A stretch of DNA of 62,088 bases, filler included, from Pirum gemmata (GCA_002812295.1; 13 parts of 13 records of this genome joined end to end with filler, not necessarily neighbours in it), one strand, 5' to 3'; numbered from the whole stretch's first letter, positions 10,590-24,888 are shown. The notes: generated by a model from the sequence alone, not told the origin. Made by a program: numbers and translations.

Positions 10590-12125
10590 ATGGCTAGGGT
10601 TATAATTAGAGTTAGGGTTATAATTACCTATAGCGCTGTTAAGTTAATTAGGGTTAGGGGTTATTATACTAAAGAGTTAGGGTTAGGGGCTAACGTTAGG
10701 GATAGAGAGTTAGGGTTAGGGTTAGGGTTAGGGTGTTAGGGTTAGGGTTAGGGTGTTAGGGTTAGGGTTATAATTAGGGTTTGCGAGTTGGGGGTAAAAT
10801 AATGGTTAATTAAGGATCCGGAGTTTTAACGTTAGTTAGAGTTAAGCTGGCCTAGTTAGCGTTAGAGCTAGCTAGCTAGTAGAGTTAGTGTAAGGGTTAG
10901 GGTTAGAGCTCGAGCTACTAGCTAGAGTTATGGTTAGAGCTATATAGCTATAGCTATAGCTAATAATTAGCTAATAATTACATTATTATGGCTAGGGTTA
11001 TAATTAGAGTTAACATTAAGCCTAGGGTAATTAGGGTTATAGCGCTGTTAATTAAATTAATTAGGCTTAGGGGTTATTACCTAACCCTAACCCCTAACCC
11101 TAACCCTAACCCTAACCCTAACCCTAACCCTAACCCTAACCCTAACCCTTATTAAGGAGTTAGCTATAGAGTTAGGGGCCAACGTTGAGGATAGAGAGTT
11201 AGGGTTAGGGTTAGGGTTAGGGTGTTAGGGTTAAGGTTATAATAAGGGTTTGCGAGTTGGGGGTAAAGTATTAATAATGGTTTTAAGGAGTTAACGTTAG
11301 TGTTAGAGTTAAAATAAGAGTCAGGTCGGCCTAGCTAGGGTTAGAGCTAGCTAGTAGAGTTAGTGTAAGGGTTATTTATGGTTAGAGCTCGAGCTATTAG
11401 AGTTATGGCTAGAGCTATAACTATAACTAATTGCACATTATGGCTAGGGTTATAATTAGAGTTAATTATATAATAACGTTAAGCCTAGGTAATCAGGGTT
11501 ATAGCGCTGTTAATAAATTAATTAGGGGAGGTTACTAATAAGGAATATAGAGTTAGGGGCTAATGTTGGGGATAAAGAGTTAGGGTTAGGGTTAGGGTTA
11601 AGGTGTGTTAAGGTGTTAGGGTTAGGGTTAGGGTTAAGGTGTGTTATTAAGGTGTTAGGGTTAGGGTTAGGGTTAAGGTGTGTTATTAAGGTGTTAGGGT
11701 TAGGGTTAGGGTTAAGGTGTGTTATTAAGGTGTTAGGGTTAGGGTTAGGGTTAAGGTGTGTTATTAAGGTGTTAGGGTTAGGGTTAGGGTTAAGGTGTGT
11801 TATTAAGGTGTTAGGGTTAGGGTTAGGGTTAAGGTGTGTTATTAAGGTGTTAGGGTTAGGGTTAGGGTTAAGGTGTGTTATTAAGGTGTTAGGGTTAGGG
11901 TTAGGGTTAAGGTGTGTTAAGGTGTTAGGGTTAAGGTTATAATTAGGGTTTGTGAGTTGGGGGTAAAATAATGGTTTTAATAAGGAGTTAACGTTAGTTA
12001 GAGTTAGTTAAAAGAGTCAGGCCGGCCTAGCTAGCTAGGGTTAAAGCTAGTTAGTAGATTTAGTGTAATATAAGGGTTTTATAATAGGGTTAGTAACTGT
12101 TAGAGCTCGAGTTATGTTTAGAGCT
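10590..12125 (+). repeat. Three copies of a ~400-680 bp telomere-derived satellite unit, containing a 39-bp minisatellite (11577-11930) and an inverted CCCTAA block (11080-11148)
   Basis: Anchors ATGGCTAGGGTTATAATTAGAGTT, ATAGCGCTGTTAA, GAGTTGGGGGTAAA and AGAGCTCGAG each recur three times. The 39-mer GTGTTAGGGTTAGGGTTAGGGTTAAGGTGTGTTATTAAG occurs x7 plus two shorter variants. Confidence 0.85.
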
Positions 12126-12229
12126 ACTCCTACTAGTTAGCTAGTTAGAGAGCAATGGCTAGAGTTTTAAAATTAAAGTTATGATATGGTTAGAGTTAAA
12201 ATAATCATTATAATAATTAGTTAGTCTAG

Positions 12230-13060
12230 ACTATGATAGCTAGCTAGTAGGGTTAGTTAGTTAGGGTCAGGGTCTACTCTAGCTAGCTACTCTAGCTAGT
12301 AGTAGTAGGGGGTTTAGTTAGAGTTTAGTTAGACTCGTTTAGTAGTATCGATAGAACTAGCTAGCTAGCTAGCTCTAGCTAGGGGTTTTATCGGTAGTTA
12401 GAGAGTTACATAGAGGGTTAGGGTTAGGCTAAAACCTGGCTAAAATCACCCACTCTAGCCAGATACTACTGGTCTAGCTACTAGCTACTAGCTAGCTAGT
12501 AGTAGACCTACTCTGCTATCATAGCTAGCTAGACTAGCTAACTATCATAGATACTACTAGCTAGAGTAGCTAGCTATGATAGTATGATGTACTATCGCTA
12601 GCTAGTAGCTAGTCTAGCTAGCTACTAGTAGTAGCTACCTACTACTAGCTAGCTAGCTAGCTAGCTAGCTAGGGTCGCTCATAGGAGTCATAGACCGGGG
12701 GGGGGGGGGGGGGGTCTAGCTAGCTGCCTTTTAATTAAGTTTAGAGATAAGTTTGGCTTTGGCTAAGCGTAAAGCACTCATATATAAAGCTAAGTTTGGT
12801 AGTTTATATCATAACCCTAGCTAGACTAGCTAGTATCATAACCGGGCATAACCAGTGCTAGTTAGTAGCTACAGCTAGTTAGCTATGTCATACTAGCTAT
12901 TAGTAGTCTATCAATAACCACTAAGTAGCTACGCTTAGCTAGCTAGTAGCTAGAGCTCTGTAGCTACACAGCACAGCTCTAGCTAGCTAGTAGCTAGAGA
13001 GTATGTAGCTAGTGAGTACTAAGTAGGCTAGCTAGCTAGCTAGCTACTAGCTAGAGATAT
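12230..13060. repeat. (TAGC)n/(TAG)n-rich low-complexity tract
   Basis: Dense AGCTAGCT/TAGTAG. Similar tracts at ~36780-36930, 41100-41800, 50330-50600 and 55440-55680. Confidence 0.85.
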
Positions 13061-13661
13061 TTATCTTCGCTTTGCGAAATCACATGTGATGGTTCTCAGG
13101 AAACAAAGCTCAGGAAAAAAATTGACCTTTTATATAAATATGTTAGCCCTGCACATAAAAACAGCGAAAAATAGCGAAAAATATAAAATTATTCTTATTG
13201 ATCATATAAATTTTTTCTGCGATAATTTTCTTGAGGCCACCGGGAAAAAATTGTAACAATAGAAGGAGACTATAGAAAGACTATAGATAGTCAACCTAAC
13301 CACAAGCGGAAAAAAAAAAACGAAAAAAAGCCTGCACAAGAATTCCAATCATGTGGCTTGATTTATTATTATTTTTAAAATTTGTTTTTTAAGCGGGGAA
13401 AAGTTTTCGCCAGCTAATTAAAATAAATTAATAACCGAAAATATAGTAATTGTTTGGAATTTCGGGATTCGTTTTTTCAATTGTGCGGGATCTGTTTCGA
13501 GTGGTGGTAGGACTTGTTGCACCCTTTGTATAGTTTTTGAGTATGATAGTTTTTGTATGTTCAACTTTCCGCATTTTTATTTCGCATTTTTTCACTTTTT
13601 TTGATTATGCGCATTCTTAAGTTTTTTTTTTTTTTTTTTTTTTTTGGTTGCTTTTTTTTTT

Positions 13662-13694
<33 letters not shown>

Positions 13695-14096
13695 TTTTTT
13701 TTAGAGCAGTTTTATTTATATAGTTTTGTATATATAATCCTGTTTTTTCAATTGTTTTTCCTTTTATTTTTATTTAATTCTCTTTNNNNNNNNNNNNNNN
13801 NNNNNNNNNNNNNNNNNNNNNNNNNNNNNTTAATTAATTAANNNNNNNNNNNNNNNNNNNNNNNNNNNNNNNNNNNNNNNNNNNNTTACTATTATTATTA
13901 TTATTATTATTATTATTTTTATTATCTAACTTTAAAACTCTAACCCCAACCCCAACCCCAACCCTTACACGAACTTTAACCCTAACCCTAACCCTAACCC
14001 TGACCCTGGCCCTAACCCTAACTTTAACTTTAATCTTAACATTAAGCGTAAGCCTAAGGCTAAGCCTAACCTTGAATTTAACCTGAACCAACTTAC

Positions 14097-14353
14097 CTAT
14101 TCTTAGTAATATTTGCTATTGGGTATTTACCACAATCTATTTCATAATCAGCACTTTGTAATGGAGGATTAGCACCAGTCCACTGGGGTTGTAATATTTC
14201 ATGTTTTACAACTTTATCAATTTCAACTTCAACTCTAGCAGCAGTCGTACTGTAATATGAACCTATCTTCGAAAAAGAATGAGAATGGGATTTAATGATA
14301 CACTTTTGACGTAAAGTTAAATTGAAACTTTTCAAGATTGCCCTTTTCAACAT
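14097..14353 (-). CDS. First exon of a probable mitochondrion-targeted protein (partial)
   Basis: ATG at 14353. MLKRAILKSFNLTLRQK... is basic and Ser-rich with no acidic residues early. Ends at AG|GTAAGT donor (14096); the intron is filled with TTAGGG-like repeats. Product not identified. Confidence 0.65.
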
Positions 14354-14465
14354 TTTAAGAAGAAATAAAATTAATAAGAACAAACAAACAACAAGATGTA
14401 AAGATTGGAATTAAAAGAGGGTACGAATGCAACTAAACCTATAACTTGTGTTGATAATGATAATT

Positions 14466-14518
<53 letters not shown>

Positions 14519-14840
14519 GATAACTGTGACTTCAACCTTAGCACAAACAGTAGAGTGACTTACTTCAACAGGCAACAGGTCAACTCTCAAGTCTCGACCC
14601 AAATTTAGTTTATCAGATAGATGACACCTCATTTTTTTTTTTTTTTTTTTCGATTCCAAATTCTACCCTTTTTTAATTAAAAAAATAGTAAAATACTTTG
14701 TAAACACTATCGAGCTAGAAATACCAAAATACCTCCCCCCAGCCCCCCCCAATTAGTGCTTTCTAAAACTTTTCTAAAGTGCTTTTTTTACTTTTTTTAT
14801 ATTTCACTTGAAATTTCTTGAAATTTTCTATTTCTGGAAN

Positions 14841-17800
14841 AAATTTTAAACGTGAAATATCATTAATAACAATTAAGTCAGGGTTAATATAAAACTTCTT
14901 ATCTATCTTCCTACTATTAACCCTCTTATATAAATCACATTTACTCTTGGCATTTATATCTGTCGTAAAATCTCTAAACTCTTTTCTATTAATTCTTTTT
15001 CTTACTTCACAATTCCACTTATTCATATTAATATCACAAGAGACTAGGCTGTTAAAATACTGAGTAAGTTTACACTCTTCAATACATTTATCAGTAAACG
15101 ATTTCCATGTTCTTCTGTTAAAACCATATCTGGGATCTAAATCAATTACTTTACCAATAATATTAACATTTTTGTGAACAATAACATTGCCAAACCATTT
15201 GAGCCTTAATTTTATCAATTGATATTCCAACTTTTCTATACCCAACTCATTTCGGACATAAGAACTTGAAGTTGTATCACTACAACCCAATATCCATTTC
15301 AACACACATAATTGTAAACTCTCTAGCTTTTTAAGTTGTACCGCATCACACCACCAAATTTCACAACTATAGGTAATTATAGGCTTAATAATATTATTCC
15401 AGATAATTAACTTTGTCATACTATCAATTCGACTATTTCTAAAAATTAAAAACTTCCAATTATTAATTTTAGTTGACACCTTATCTACTATATGATCAAT
15501 ATGACTATTCCATTTCCAGTAGTGATTAACCCATAATCCCAAATACTTATATTTGTCAACAAAAGGCAAATTATTTTCCGGAAAATTATCAATATACTGC
15601 TGAATTAAATTATTTCTAACCCCATCTTTTTGAACAACTATCATAATCCCACTCTTTTTGAAATTAATTTCAAGTCTCCATTTTTTACAAAATAGAACTA
15701 AACAATTAATGAGTTTATCCAAATCACTATCATTAACAGCCACTAAAGCGATATCATCCGCATACAACAAACAACGAATAACAGAACATAATTCATTCTC
15801 AGATAAGTCTAAATTTAAACTATTAATATCAACAATTAAACTATTAATAAAAATTTTAAATAAAGTAGGAGATAAAACATCACCCTGTCTCACACCAATT
15901 ATAATATCAAACATATCACAGTCTTCACCATCAACTAAAACTGTACTGCGACTATTTTTATACATCTGCCTAATAACACGCCACAATCTGCCTTTAATAC
16001 CGTATTCAAATAGTTTAACCCATAAACCTTCTCTCCACACTCTATCAAACGCTTTTTTCACATCAATAAAAGCTAAGTAAGTAGGAATACCATTAGCTAA
16101 ATTGTTCTCAATAATCTTATTTAAAACAAACAGGTGGTCCACACAGCCTTTNNNNNNNNNNNNNNNNNNNNNNNNNNNNNNNNNNNNNNNNNNNNNNNNN
16201 NNNNNNNNNNNNNNNNNNNNNNNNNNNNNNNNNNNNNNNNNNNNNNNNNNNNNNNNNNNNNNNNNCCACTACTAAATCCCCCTTGTTCATTATTAATAAT
16301 TTTGTTAGTATCCAGGAATTTGGTTAACCGCTTGTCAATTAAACAACTCAATAATTTGTACATAACACTAAGTAAAGTTATACCCCTAAAATTATTACAA
16401 TCAAACTTATCACCATCTTTAAAAATGTTAACTATTCTACCAATTTTTAATTCATCACTAAGATGTTCATTAACCCATAAGCAATTGATAACTTTTGTGA
16501 ACATTATTTCTCCATTTTCAGTATTACACAATTTAAGCAAATCATTTGTCAATTCATCAGCACCACCCGCTTTATGACTTTTTAAATTAAAAATACATTT
16601 ACTTACTTCCTCAACAGTAAAAACAGCATCTAAGATAGGATCAGGATCAACAACTCCACTAAGTATCTCATACCTGCTCAGAGTATTTTCAATATCATTC
16701 TTAAACTCAGAACAAAAACAATCATCATTAATTTCATTACCCAATTTAGCATAATGATCTCTCCAAGTTTTTTTCTTCGTCTCTTTATCATTAACAATTT
16801 CACCACTAGAAATTCTCACACCCAAATTAGCATCATTATTATGACCATTAGTTAACAATTTAATTAAAGTATAAAACTTCTTCGGCTCAAGTCCACTATT
16901 AATTTTACTACAAAATTCTTGATACGAGGTTTGATTGTCTTCAAAACATTGTTGTTTAATCTTGGTATTTAATTTGTTTACTGTTTGCCAGTCCGACTCA
17001 TTGTTTCTGACCAAGGCCCTTTTTTTAAATTTATTCCTTCTACTAGTCAAACTCTTAACTTTAGAAGAATTTTTACGATAGAACCCAGAACATTTAATCT
17101 CAGTTTTTCCAACTACATCATTACAAATCTCTTTAAACTCTGCCAACCAATCATTAAAACAAACATTATTTTCATCACGGTACATATCATCATTAACCAC
17201 TTCAGGCACCGAATTATCAAAATTATGAAACTGTTTCATCCACTCAGAGTATACATCCTTAATGACAAATTTACAACTATTCATTTGACAAAAACGTAAG
17301 TCTAAATCCTTTTGTACTTTATCAATAATTTCAAAACTATCAACCTTAGTATTCCATTTTCGAATAATTTTACAAGGAACCCTTTTGTATTTAAAAGGGA
17401 GTTTAATGGTAGCATAAACTAACTTGTGATTACTTTCAATAACATCATCAATCTCATCTCCAACTAATGAGTTCATAATTAAATAAGGTTTAAACCTATT
17501 TCCGATGATGTAATCAATTATACTACTACCAGTCTGGGAACAGAAGGTATACAAGATTTTCTCTTGGAACCTGTTATTTTTTGTTATACCGTTGTAAATT
17601 TTTAAATTGTTTTGAATTAACCAACTAATAAGTTTATGACCATTTGAATTAATAGTAGATTCACCAAACTCACTAATAACATCACCGGTGTAAGAGTCAC
17701 CAATTCCAACTCTAGCATTAAAATCACCCAAGATCCAAACCTCACCCAACAACTCCAAAGTTTGTTTCATTTTACTAATCTCAGAAAGTATACTATCTCG

Positions 17801-19222
17801 GACCATAGTACTACTATTTGCAACATCCATGTACACAGAGCATAGATATACATTTTTACAGCCATTACCATTAGTAATCTTAATCCACATTATGCGATCA
17901 TTAAATTTATCACTTAAGTTTGGAACAATATTGATTAGGTTAAAAATGCTTTTTCTAATCAAAAAGCCAACACCACCCCGACCACGTTTGGCTCCAGGCA
18001 CAAGATCAGCACAATTACCAATCCATTTATACCTGTTTATCTTAACTTTCTCATCACCTTTTAACCAATGTTCTGAAATGGCAACTATATCTAATTTCTT
18101 TCTAAAGAGTATGTCATCTAAGAAGGTCCACTTGCTATTAATACCACTAACATTCCACGTACCAATATTTAACCTGCTTCTTTCGTATTCAATCCATTTT
18201 CCATCCGAAACAGAATTAGTATAAGTAAAATTAGAATTAGAGAATAAATGTGTTACATCATTCCATTCCAATAACCATTCCAAGTACACATTAGGACCTA
18301 ATATCTTATCATTTAATTTCATACCGCATGAACGCAATAAATAAAATTTGTTATTACTGAGAGGATCCACCACCAGATCCATCTCTTTCTGAAGTTTTTC
18401 TCTATGATATTGTCTGGTCTTAAAAGACTGACCTAGGTCTGCTTTCCACCCAAGTAGTTTTTGCCTTCGTTTTATAATTTTAAAAATATGATCCCTGTCT
18501 TTACTCTTAAATACTATAATATATACATATCTATTATCATCATACCCCTTCCACTGGACTTTTTCGATTAAATTCATATCAATATGCATATTTTCCAACC
18601 ATATACAAAGTTGACATTCTACTATATATCTACCTACACCCCAAAGTACTATAGCACGACTCTCTCTCTCATCCTTCTTAGACTTAAAAACAGGAATCCA
18701 ATCACCTTTGTCATCACCTTCGGAGTCGTCATCACTAATAATATACTCATCACCATTATCTTTACCATTTTTAATCTCATCATTTATCATTAAATCCTCA
18801 TTTATCAACAACAAATTATTAATTAAGTTTCTCCATAAATCCACATCAATCAATCTACAAAACGGACTAATATCATTAGCCATACATGGACAATTATATG
18901 TGGCACTCCTTCTAATCTCACCAACATTATTTATCTCTTCTAACACCTTCTTCCAATTAACCGTACTATTCGTATCAGATCTAGACATCACTTTACAACA
19001 TCTATTGTATACTTCTCTCACCACCTTTTCTCTCTTCATCATATCAACTTCTTTCTTAACATCACAGGACATACAAATCAAAAAGGATACTCTTTTAATT
19101 GATTTTAACAAATTATTATTATTACTACCGATACCAGAGTACCCTACGTGCACCAAAATTGATGACAGATTATTAAATAATCGTCACACTTTCTTTCTTT
19201 TTTCTTTAGAACAACTATTCAT
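14841..19222 (-). mobile_element. Non-LTR retrotransposon (LINE), APE endonuclease + RT, 3' end lost at N 14840
   Basis: APE motifs: TWNVSG, AISEHWL, ILGDFNA, SIIDYII, SNH. RT motifs: KAGGAD, NFRGITLL, EQGGF, AFIDVKKAFDRVWR, GVRQGDVLSPTLF, LLYADD, YKYLG. The two ORFs are split only by the N-gap 16152-16265. Confidence 0.95.
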
Positions 19223-20427
19223 TTTCATTAATTATTTTTTACTTTTTCATATTCATTACTTTTCTTACACTTACAAACCATGTAATCCTCCTAATTTACT
19301 TAACCTAAGTTAACCTAACTTAAGTANNNNNNNNNNNNNNNNNNNNNNNNNNNNNNNNNNNNNNNNNNNNTTAATTAATTAANNNNNNNNNNNNNNNNNN
19401 NNNNNNNNNNNNNNNNNNNNNNNNNNATTAAATTATAAAATATACCAAATTAAGTAAAATGGATTTATATTGTATTAATTTGGTACTCTTTATTGTATAT
19501 TTTTTTATGATGACAAAACAACTGAAACGTTTATTACATATAATAAGTTATCATTTATTACCTAATTTGAAAATTGTATCAACTTTTTTGGAAATATCCC
19601 TACATGTATAAAAAAATCCCAATAAAATTTTTTAAAATTAATATTATTTTTAGAAAAAAAACCCATATTTTACCAAATATATTACTATTTTTATTAAAAA
19701 AACACCAAATTTGATTAAGAATTCCAAAATTATACAATTAGTTACCATATTTAGAAAACAGATAACACTTACTTTTTTCCCACCCTAAAAATATTCGCAA
19801 AAAAAAAGTGGATTCTCGAAAAATTAGGTAGCTCAGGTATAGAAATAATTTGGCCAGTAGACTAGCATTCTATTTTCTATAGAAAATGGTGTAAAGATTT
19901 TTTTTTGGTAGACTAAAAAATATTTAGATACAAAATCTTTTATTTAGACACATCATNNNNNNNNNNNNNNNNNNNNNNNNNNNNNNNNNNNNNNNNNNNN
20001 NNNNNNNNAAACGAGCTATTGAAATGAAACTTTCACTTTTCTCATTTACTTTTTCGAAACGAATCCATTGATACCAATAGTCTATTGGATGAAATAATTT
20101 TTAACTCAAAAAATTTTAAAAAAGAAAAATACATTAATTTTTAGGCCCGGAAAAAAGTAAGTGTTAAAAAAAAAAAAGAAAATCTCTTGTAAACAAGACT
20201 TAGTGCACTGTTATTATCGTGCTTTTCATTTATTTTTTCACTTCGAATATTTATTTGGTTGGTTATAATATTTAAATTGATACTTTTAAATTAATAATTA
20301 AATTATAAAATATACCAAATTAAGTAAAATGGATTTATATTGTATTAATTTGGTACGATTTATTATATATTTTATGATTGCAAAACAAATGAAAAGTACG
20401 ATAATACGAGATTATAATTAACTTTGA

Positions 20428-20583
20428 CCTAACCCTAATTTTATATAACCCTAACCCTAACCTTAATTTTATAACCCTAACCCTAACCCTAACCCTAACC
20501 CTAACCCTAACCCTAACCCTAACCCTAACCCTAATTATAAAACCCTAACCCTAATTTATACCCTAACCCTAACCCTAACCCTA
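20428..20583 (-). repeat. Interstitial (CCCTAA)n array
   Basis: Direct reading. Further arrays at 22954-22992, 32425-32485, 32725-32978, 34534-34605, 45281-45317 and 48578-48713 (with GGGTAA variant). Confidence 0.9.
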
Positions 20584-21929
20584 TATAATCATATCATAAG
20601 GTCTAGATAAAGTATACGTATTAATTATGATACTTGTTAGACCTCATAGTGCAATTTAATAATATTATATAATAATAATAATAATAATAATAAAAATAAA
20701 AAATAAAAAAAAATTGAGAATTATTCAGAACAGTTATCATATTAATAATTCAAAAGGCGTAGCCCCCTTTTTTAATTTGTCCTCTAGTTTTTTTTGGACT
20801 CTCATTTTTCAGTTATTGGATAAATAAACCAGCACTACTAGGAAAAAAAAAAAGTGAAAGTAAAATAAAATATTATTAGTTACGTATATTTATTTTATTG
20901 TACAATAATAATTATAACAGTAACAGTAACACTAACAGTAAGAATTAAAATATCGATAGTATAATATATTATGTATACGCATAATTATTATATATTTAAT
21001 AACAATAATCAAATTTATATAATTATATATATATGTACAATATATAATTACCCTAATCCTACTGTTACCCTAACCCTAATTATAAACCTAATAACGTTAA
21101 TATATATATCGTCTATTTTATATTGCAGTAGTAGTATCTTTAATTTGGTACTGTTTAAAAGTGTTTATAAAATGAAATGTTAAAAGTTTATTTAAATACC
21201 AAATTAATTAAAACATGTCTGATAATTTATACCATAATAAAAAAATGTTTATTTCAGTTTTTGAACTGGTCAACACTATTGAAAAACACGCAGATGTATA
21301 CGTACGGTAACCCTGACCTTATATATATATATGTTTAATACTAGCTAGCTCAATAGCTAATTATAACCCTAACAATATTAATGTAACGTTCAATTTACTT
21401 AAAGCCGCTAACACTGATTATTTTAGCTAATAGTAGGCCTACCAGCTCTAGCTAGGGCTAGCCAGCATTATCATAATATTATTATAATAACATAATAATA
21501 TTATTATATAGTATTAATACTCTAATATTAAAATATAAAACTAGTACTAACATTTACTTTATTTATGATAGGGTAAAATAGGATTCAATTATGTTATTAT
21601 ACCGGTAATTAGAAACTATCTGATAGTAATCTGATAGTGCTCTTTTTTTGGCACACAGACTAAAACCAATCATCATTCAATACCACTCATAGACTACCCT
21701 AACTAACCTAACCCTAACAGTCCTAACAGTACTAGTCTAGTCCCAAACTACCTATGATACTAGTATCAGGATAGCTATGATTGCTAGCTAGCTCTGATCA
21801 TGATATAATATTATGTAGCCCTAACCCTTCATAAATAATTTATAAAAATAATTTTAATATTAATAATAATAATATTATGTTTATATTAAATTTTATTATA
21901 ATATTAATATATTATTATGATAATAATAT

Positions 21930-21975
21930 TATATATATAGACGTTAATTGTATACAATTAACGTCTATATATATA
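21930..21975. repeat. Perfect 46-bp palindrome
   Basis: TATATATATAGACGTTAATTGTA|TACAATTAACGTCTATATATATA. Confidence 0.9.
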
Positions 21976-22820
21976 TATGCATATTATATACAAAGACTCT
22001 TTGTATTATTATAATCATAATAATATGACTACATCATAATTATAATTTATAAAAATTTAATTTTTAAAATGTAAAATATAGACTAAATTTATTTTTGTAA
22101 AAATTTTTTTTTAAAAATTTTCGAACGTCATCTGAGATCCATTTTTCGACCATTACCATACTTTACTTCGCATAGTTTTTTTTAAAAAAAATAATAATTT
22201 AATATCGTTCGATCATATATATTAATTAAAGTCGAACTTTGAATAACACTTCGATCAAATTCTAAAGGAAATTCTAAAATCAAACACTAATTTTTTTTTT
22301 TTTTACATATTGCTGGATCAAAAAAAACTAACCCTAAATTTTCTTTTCTAGACTACGATCGAATTCTAAGGAAATTCTAAGATCAAACACTATTTATTTT
22401 AACCAGATAAAACTTCGGAAATCATTTTTTTCAGACTTCTTTTCTAAAAACCTTTTTAATACTAGCCAAATTATTTTTAAAATCTAGCCATTGGTTCATA
22501 ATAGAGTGTTTTTAGTTAGACAATTTATAAATATTTGCTAGTACTTTATATTTTAAAATTGGAGTATTTTGAGAATTTTTGGATTTTGGCAGTTTTTAAA
22601 AAATAGACTATTTTATAAAAAAAAATAATTGTAATAATTGTCGAGCTTCTTGTTTACAAAAAATAAAATGTTTGAACAGGTTGTTTGAACGTACATATTC
22701 TATTATTTTTAAAAAAATTAATAAAATTTAATAGGTTTGATCGAAGTCATTTTTTAAAAAATAATTTTGGCCTTTTGGGGTCTATTCAAGATTATTAAAA
22801 AATTAATTATTTTTATAATC

Positions 22821-22861
<41 letters not shown>

Positions 22862-23951
22862 TATTATTATTATTGGATCATCGAGCTTCTTCTTACATAA
22901 TAATATTATAATAATATGATAAATGTTTGAACATAATGACATTGTATAGAATGTTAGGGTTAGGGTTAGGGTTAGGGTTAGGGTTAGGGTTATATAGTAG
23001 GTTTATCAATACATAGGAAAAAAGAGTAGGGGTAAGATGACGTCATTTTATTATTACCGAACAGCTGCCGGAACTTTTCCGATTTTTAGCTATTGAACTG
23101 CTATTATTAGTAAGAAACACGGAACTAAGGTTGGCTCGATAAGCATATGTTCGAAAAAAGTTTCAGTAGATATCTGATCGTATCTCACCCCTACCGAAAA
23201 AAGTCGATTTTTCAAACCAAAGTAAAATATACCACACCTAGAGAATACCACCAATATTGTATTATGGACTGACCAATCCTTTATCGTTAAAAAATTGTTT
23301 TGAATATATATATGGACTTATATGGTCTCACATGATCACATCATCAAATTATTTTTCAAAATTTATTTAAAAATAATAATTCTAATAATATTGTTTGGAT
23401 AAAACAATATTATAATTATAATGATAAGAAGATATTAACAAATAAAAGAGCATACATAATATTATTTTTTTATAGTGTCTACCAATACTTTGGTGTAAAA
23501 AAGAAGGCATGAATAGTTAGCTATGGTACTAATACACATACTAACATGGGCATAATAATGCGCTCTAACTCTTTTTTAAAAAGCTACAACATTACCCTAA
23601 AACTAACCTTTTTTCCCAGTTTTTGAATAAAAAGTTGTTACAACTAGCTGGCTATTGACTGGCAGAATTTGAGTGTGTCCAAGAAAAAGTTCGAAAATTG
23701 GAAATAAATTTTTTTTATAATAATGATTTTTTTTATATAGACTATGACCATATAAATAAAAATAATAATTATGACATTGTTATGGTAAAGTTAAGCTCGA
23801 TAAGCTCGAACTTTTTTCTAAGGTACGTCATCCCCTTATCTTTTCTTGCTTATCAATATCATCTTTTGATATAATTATGATGTACTACTAAGGCAGCTAC
23901 TACTAGCTAGCTAGCTAGCTACTAGCAATTCGTTTTATATAAATTTTTTTT

Positions 23952-23983
<32 letters not shown>

Positions 23984-24622
23984 CTTTTTTTTTTTTCTTT
24001 TTTAATTATAATAATAATAATATTATGATATCAGAAAATTTTTAATAATAATCATTTATACAAGAGAGTTCTATTTTACCCTATTTACTCAATTTTAATA
24101 TTGGAAGCATAGTATATGATAATATTATCATTATATAAACAATTGTTTTAACAATTATTTGGACTTGAGAATTGGTATGTTTTTTTTTTTTTTTTTTTAC
24201 TTTTTTGTTTCTTTTTTTTTTTTTTTTTTTTTTTTTTTTCTAATAATACCTTAAAAAAACAAAAACAAAACAAAAACAAAACAAAAACAAAACAAAAAAA
24301 CGAATTCGGTTATTTTTATTTTACACGTTCTACTATTGAATATAAAATTTCAAACACAAAATAGATATTTTAACGAAAGTGACAAAAAACAAAATTTACT
24401 TAAGACGTCGTTCTGTTTCATTCAAATTCTGTTAAATGACTCTTATCAGGTTATATATCACAATATTATATATAGCAAACGTTTTTGGAAAACATAGACA
24501 ACATTCTCAATTTATTTTATTTTATTTTATTTCATATTTCTATATTTTATAATTTATTTTATTGTATTTTCTATTATTTTTCATTAAAACTTTAATTTTT
24601 AAAACATAACAGCGATAAAAAC

Positions 24623-24888
24623 ATGGCAGCAGGGAGTTCAATTTCTACTGAAGATGGGAGTGATGATTTTTTAGCAAAGGTTATTTTTTTTATCACCAAC
24701 CCTAACCCCGACCCATTTTTCGCTATTTTGTAGCGATATTAAAACGTTGTCTTTTACATCAATAATGCAGGTAGAGAAAGATCTGGATAGTGGATTTGAA
24801 ACCCCGCGATTTTCTGTTCAGCATTTAGCCAGTCAGTTTAGACAAAGTAAAATAGCCTTGGATGAAGAAGATCAAATTAATAATGATG
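24623..24888 (+). CDS. 5' part of spliced gene, unknown product (exons 24623-24679, 24771-24888)
   Basis: AAAACATG context; MAAGSSISTEDGSDDFLAK|VEKDLDSGFETPRFSVQHLASQFRQSKIALDEEDQINND. GT-AG intron keeps the frame, next donor at 24889. Missed by the ORF track. Confidence 0.7.

Noticed and set aside
11577..11942. CRISPR array or repeat protein (VLGLGLGLRCVIK)n
   Set aside because: Contiguous 39-bp telomere-variant units with no spacers; the ORF is a by-product.
14097..14170. Assigning the exon to a 2OG-Fe(II) oxygenase family from IDCGKYPI
   Set aside because: Too short a resemblance; catalytic region not in the contig.
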